DNA of 64,000 nucleotides from Candidatus Zixiibacteriota bacterium (GTDB lineage Bacteria; RBG-13-66-14; B26-G2; WVWN01): NCBI GenBank assembly GCA_030613505.1, contig JAUWLW010000003.1, positions 41,387 to 105,386 of the forward strand, read 5' to 3'. Shown piece by piece: positions 62,875 to 64,000 of this stretch (position 1 is its first letter; each line of letters starts with the position of its first letter). The notes under the pieces were generated by a model. It saw only the letters and a program-made list of their open reading frames with translations, ran no database searches and was not told where the DNA came from. The position numbers and the translations under genes were made by a program.

Positions 62875-62884
62875 CCAACCGGGC

Positions 62885-63649
62885 TTAATATATGTCGGCC
62901 GGGACGCCGGCCTCTTCGCACACGCGGCGGGCGATAGCCGCAAGCCGCTCGCGAGGAACCATCTGGACGCCGGACCGCGCTACGGGCCGGTCCGTCGTGT
63001 AGATCTGAACGGCCGACGGTTTCACCGCGGCTACCGCGCCCACGTAATCGGCCACCGCGGCGTCGTCGGCGTTTCCCGCGTTCCCCGCGACAAAACACGA
63101 TTGGACCGTAAAATCATCCAACGCGGCGAGCCCTTCCAAAATATCGTCGAACGACACGCCGGGCGCGAGTACGTTAATCGCGGCGAAGAGCTGCGGCGAG
63201 CCGGCGTCCAATTTCATAATGGCCGCGTCCAACGAGGCGAGCGCGGCCCGTATTTCCGGGCGATCGACGGTACTCGAGTTCGAGAGGACGGCCAACTTCG
63301 CCGCGGGGCAAATTTCGTCTCGGACGCCCCGCACGGCCTCGACCATCGCCGGGAATTCAGGGTGCAACGTAGGCTCGCCGTTCCCGGAGAACGTAATATA
63401 ATCGGGCGGCGGAACCGACCCGAGCGCGTCGCGGAGCGCCTGGGCAACGTCCGCCGTGGACGGCAGCATATGGTCAAATCCCCTACTCGAGGCGACGTGG
63501 TACGTCGTCGGGCCGTATTGGCAATATATGCAATCAAACGAGCAGATATTCGCGACCGTCGATGAGACGTTTATGCCCAACGAAGGGCCTAACCGTCGTG
63601 ACGCGATGGGGCCGTAGATGATCGTTTTTTGTAGCTCGAGGAAAGACAT
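62885..63649 (-). CDS. Radical SAM domain protein
   Basis: CxxxCxxC cluster motif CSFDCIYCQYG near the N-terminus, and GEPTLHPEF. Subfamily not determined. Confidence 0.75.
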   Translation of the reverse strand: MSFLELQKTIIYGPIASRRLGPSLGINVSSTVANICSFDCIYCQYGPTTYHVASSRGFDHMLPSTADVAQALRDALGSVPPPDYITFSGNGEPTLHPEFPAMVEAVRGVRDEICPAAKLAVLSNSSTVDRPEIRAALASLDAAIMKLDAGSPQLFAAINVLAPGVSFDDILEGLAALDDFTVQSCFVAGNAGNADDAAVADYVGAVAAVKPSAVQIYTTDRPVARSGVQMVPRERLAAIARRVCEEAGVPADIY

Positions 63650-63712
63650 CGCGCAATCATAAAATAAATACTACCTTTAGACAACTATAAATAATCAGAG
63701 GTGTCGAAAGCG

Positions 63713-63910
63713 ATGGCGGAGTGCAAGCTCGACGATAACTTGAGTTCGTGCAATTGCACGTACGAGCCGTGTAGCAGGAAAGGCCGTTGCTGCGAATGCA
63801 TTTCGTACCACCTCTCGTTGGGGGAACTGCCGGCGTGCTACTTCGACGCCGCCGACGAGAAAACGTACGATCGTTCCGTCGCCTTCTTCGTCCGGTGTCA
63901 AACCCGCTAG
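63713..63910 (+). CDS. Small Cys-rich protein (resembles the DUF6485 family from memory)
   Basis: [44 protein letters not shown] has 8 Cys in 45 aa. ATG 63713 sits behind AGAGGTG; the track start is GTG 63701. Confidence 0.5.
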   Translation: MAECKLDDNLSSCNCTYEPCSRKGRCCECISYHLSLGELPACYFDAADEKTYDRSVAFFVRCQTR

Positions 63911-64000
63911 CGAAATAGGCGTTGACGCCCCGCCCGGCATAGTTTATATTCAATCGTAGGAGGTTGCGCGCTTTTCGCGCCCGCCGACGGCACAACGTTA

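Noticed and set aside
1-64000. CRISPR arrays, rRNA genes, toxin-antitoxin pairs and restriction-modification genes
   Set aside because: No regularly spaced short direct repeats were seen, no rRNA-like sequence and no recognisable Cas, TA or R-M motifs. The two methyltransferases at 10131 and 11139 look like small-molecule/O-methyltransferases in a glycan cluster.

Overview
High-GC, densely coding bacterial chromosomal segment. The gene content fits a diderm anaerobe (Lol, Lnt, TolC-like, TonB-C-like, ferredoxin oxidoreductase, radical SAM); I cannot name the lineage from sequence alone. Most of it is housekeeping. On the minus strand there is an aminotransferase-gcvT-gcvH-gcvPA-gcvPB-lipoate ligase block, then a small methyltransferase/GT2 envelope cluster and aroK. 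Further genes are prfB (its programmed +1 frameshift is missed by the ORF track), lysS, lolCE/lolD, clpC, a PMT_2/TPR glycosyltransferase, tRNA-Glu(CUC), lnt, thrS, uvrD/pcrA, gatC/gatA, recR, a four-subunit 2-oxoacid:ferredoxin oxidoreductase and a TolC/MFP/ABC-ATPase operon. The most unusual locus is lysS. A ~1.7-kb strongly AT-rich segment sits exactly in its 3' end, bracketed by a 95-bp imperfect direct repeat of the lysS terminus. As a result LysRS reads in frame into a 275-aa foreign extension, a 2-TM orphan gene follows, and the native LysRS C-terminus plus stop lies stranded downstream. Second: four signal-peptide beta-propeller proteins, three tandem NHL paralogs and one unrelated protein 30 kb away, all end in the same SLGR[VI]K[AGT]LF[KER] terminus, which looks like a modular sorting tag. 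Other notable items: an MglB-MglA-DUF4388 polarity-type module behind a zinc-ribbon/P-loop/TPR giant protein; an internally deleted PLP-enzyme remnant behind a consensus promoter; a HIT gene frameshifted at a homopolymer; an AroE-like protein lacking the catalytic Lys; and an acylating aldehyde dehydrogenase with a C-terminal encapsulation-peptide-like helix. No CRISPR array, rRNA, integrase or transposase was seen. All family names come from motif recognition by eye; no database search was possible.
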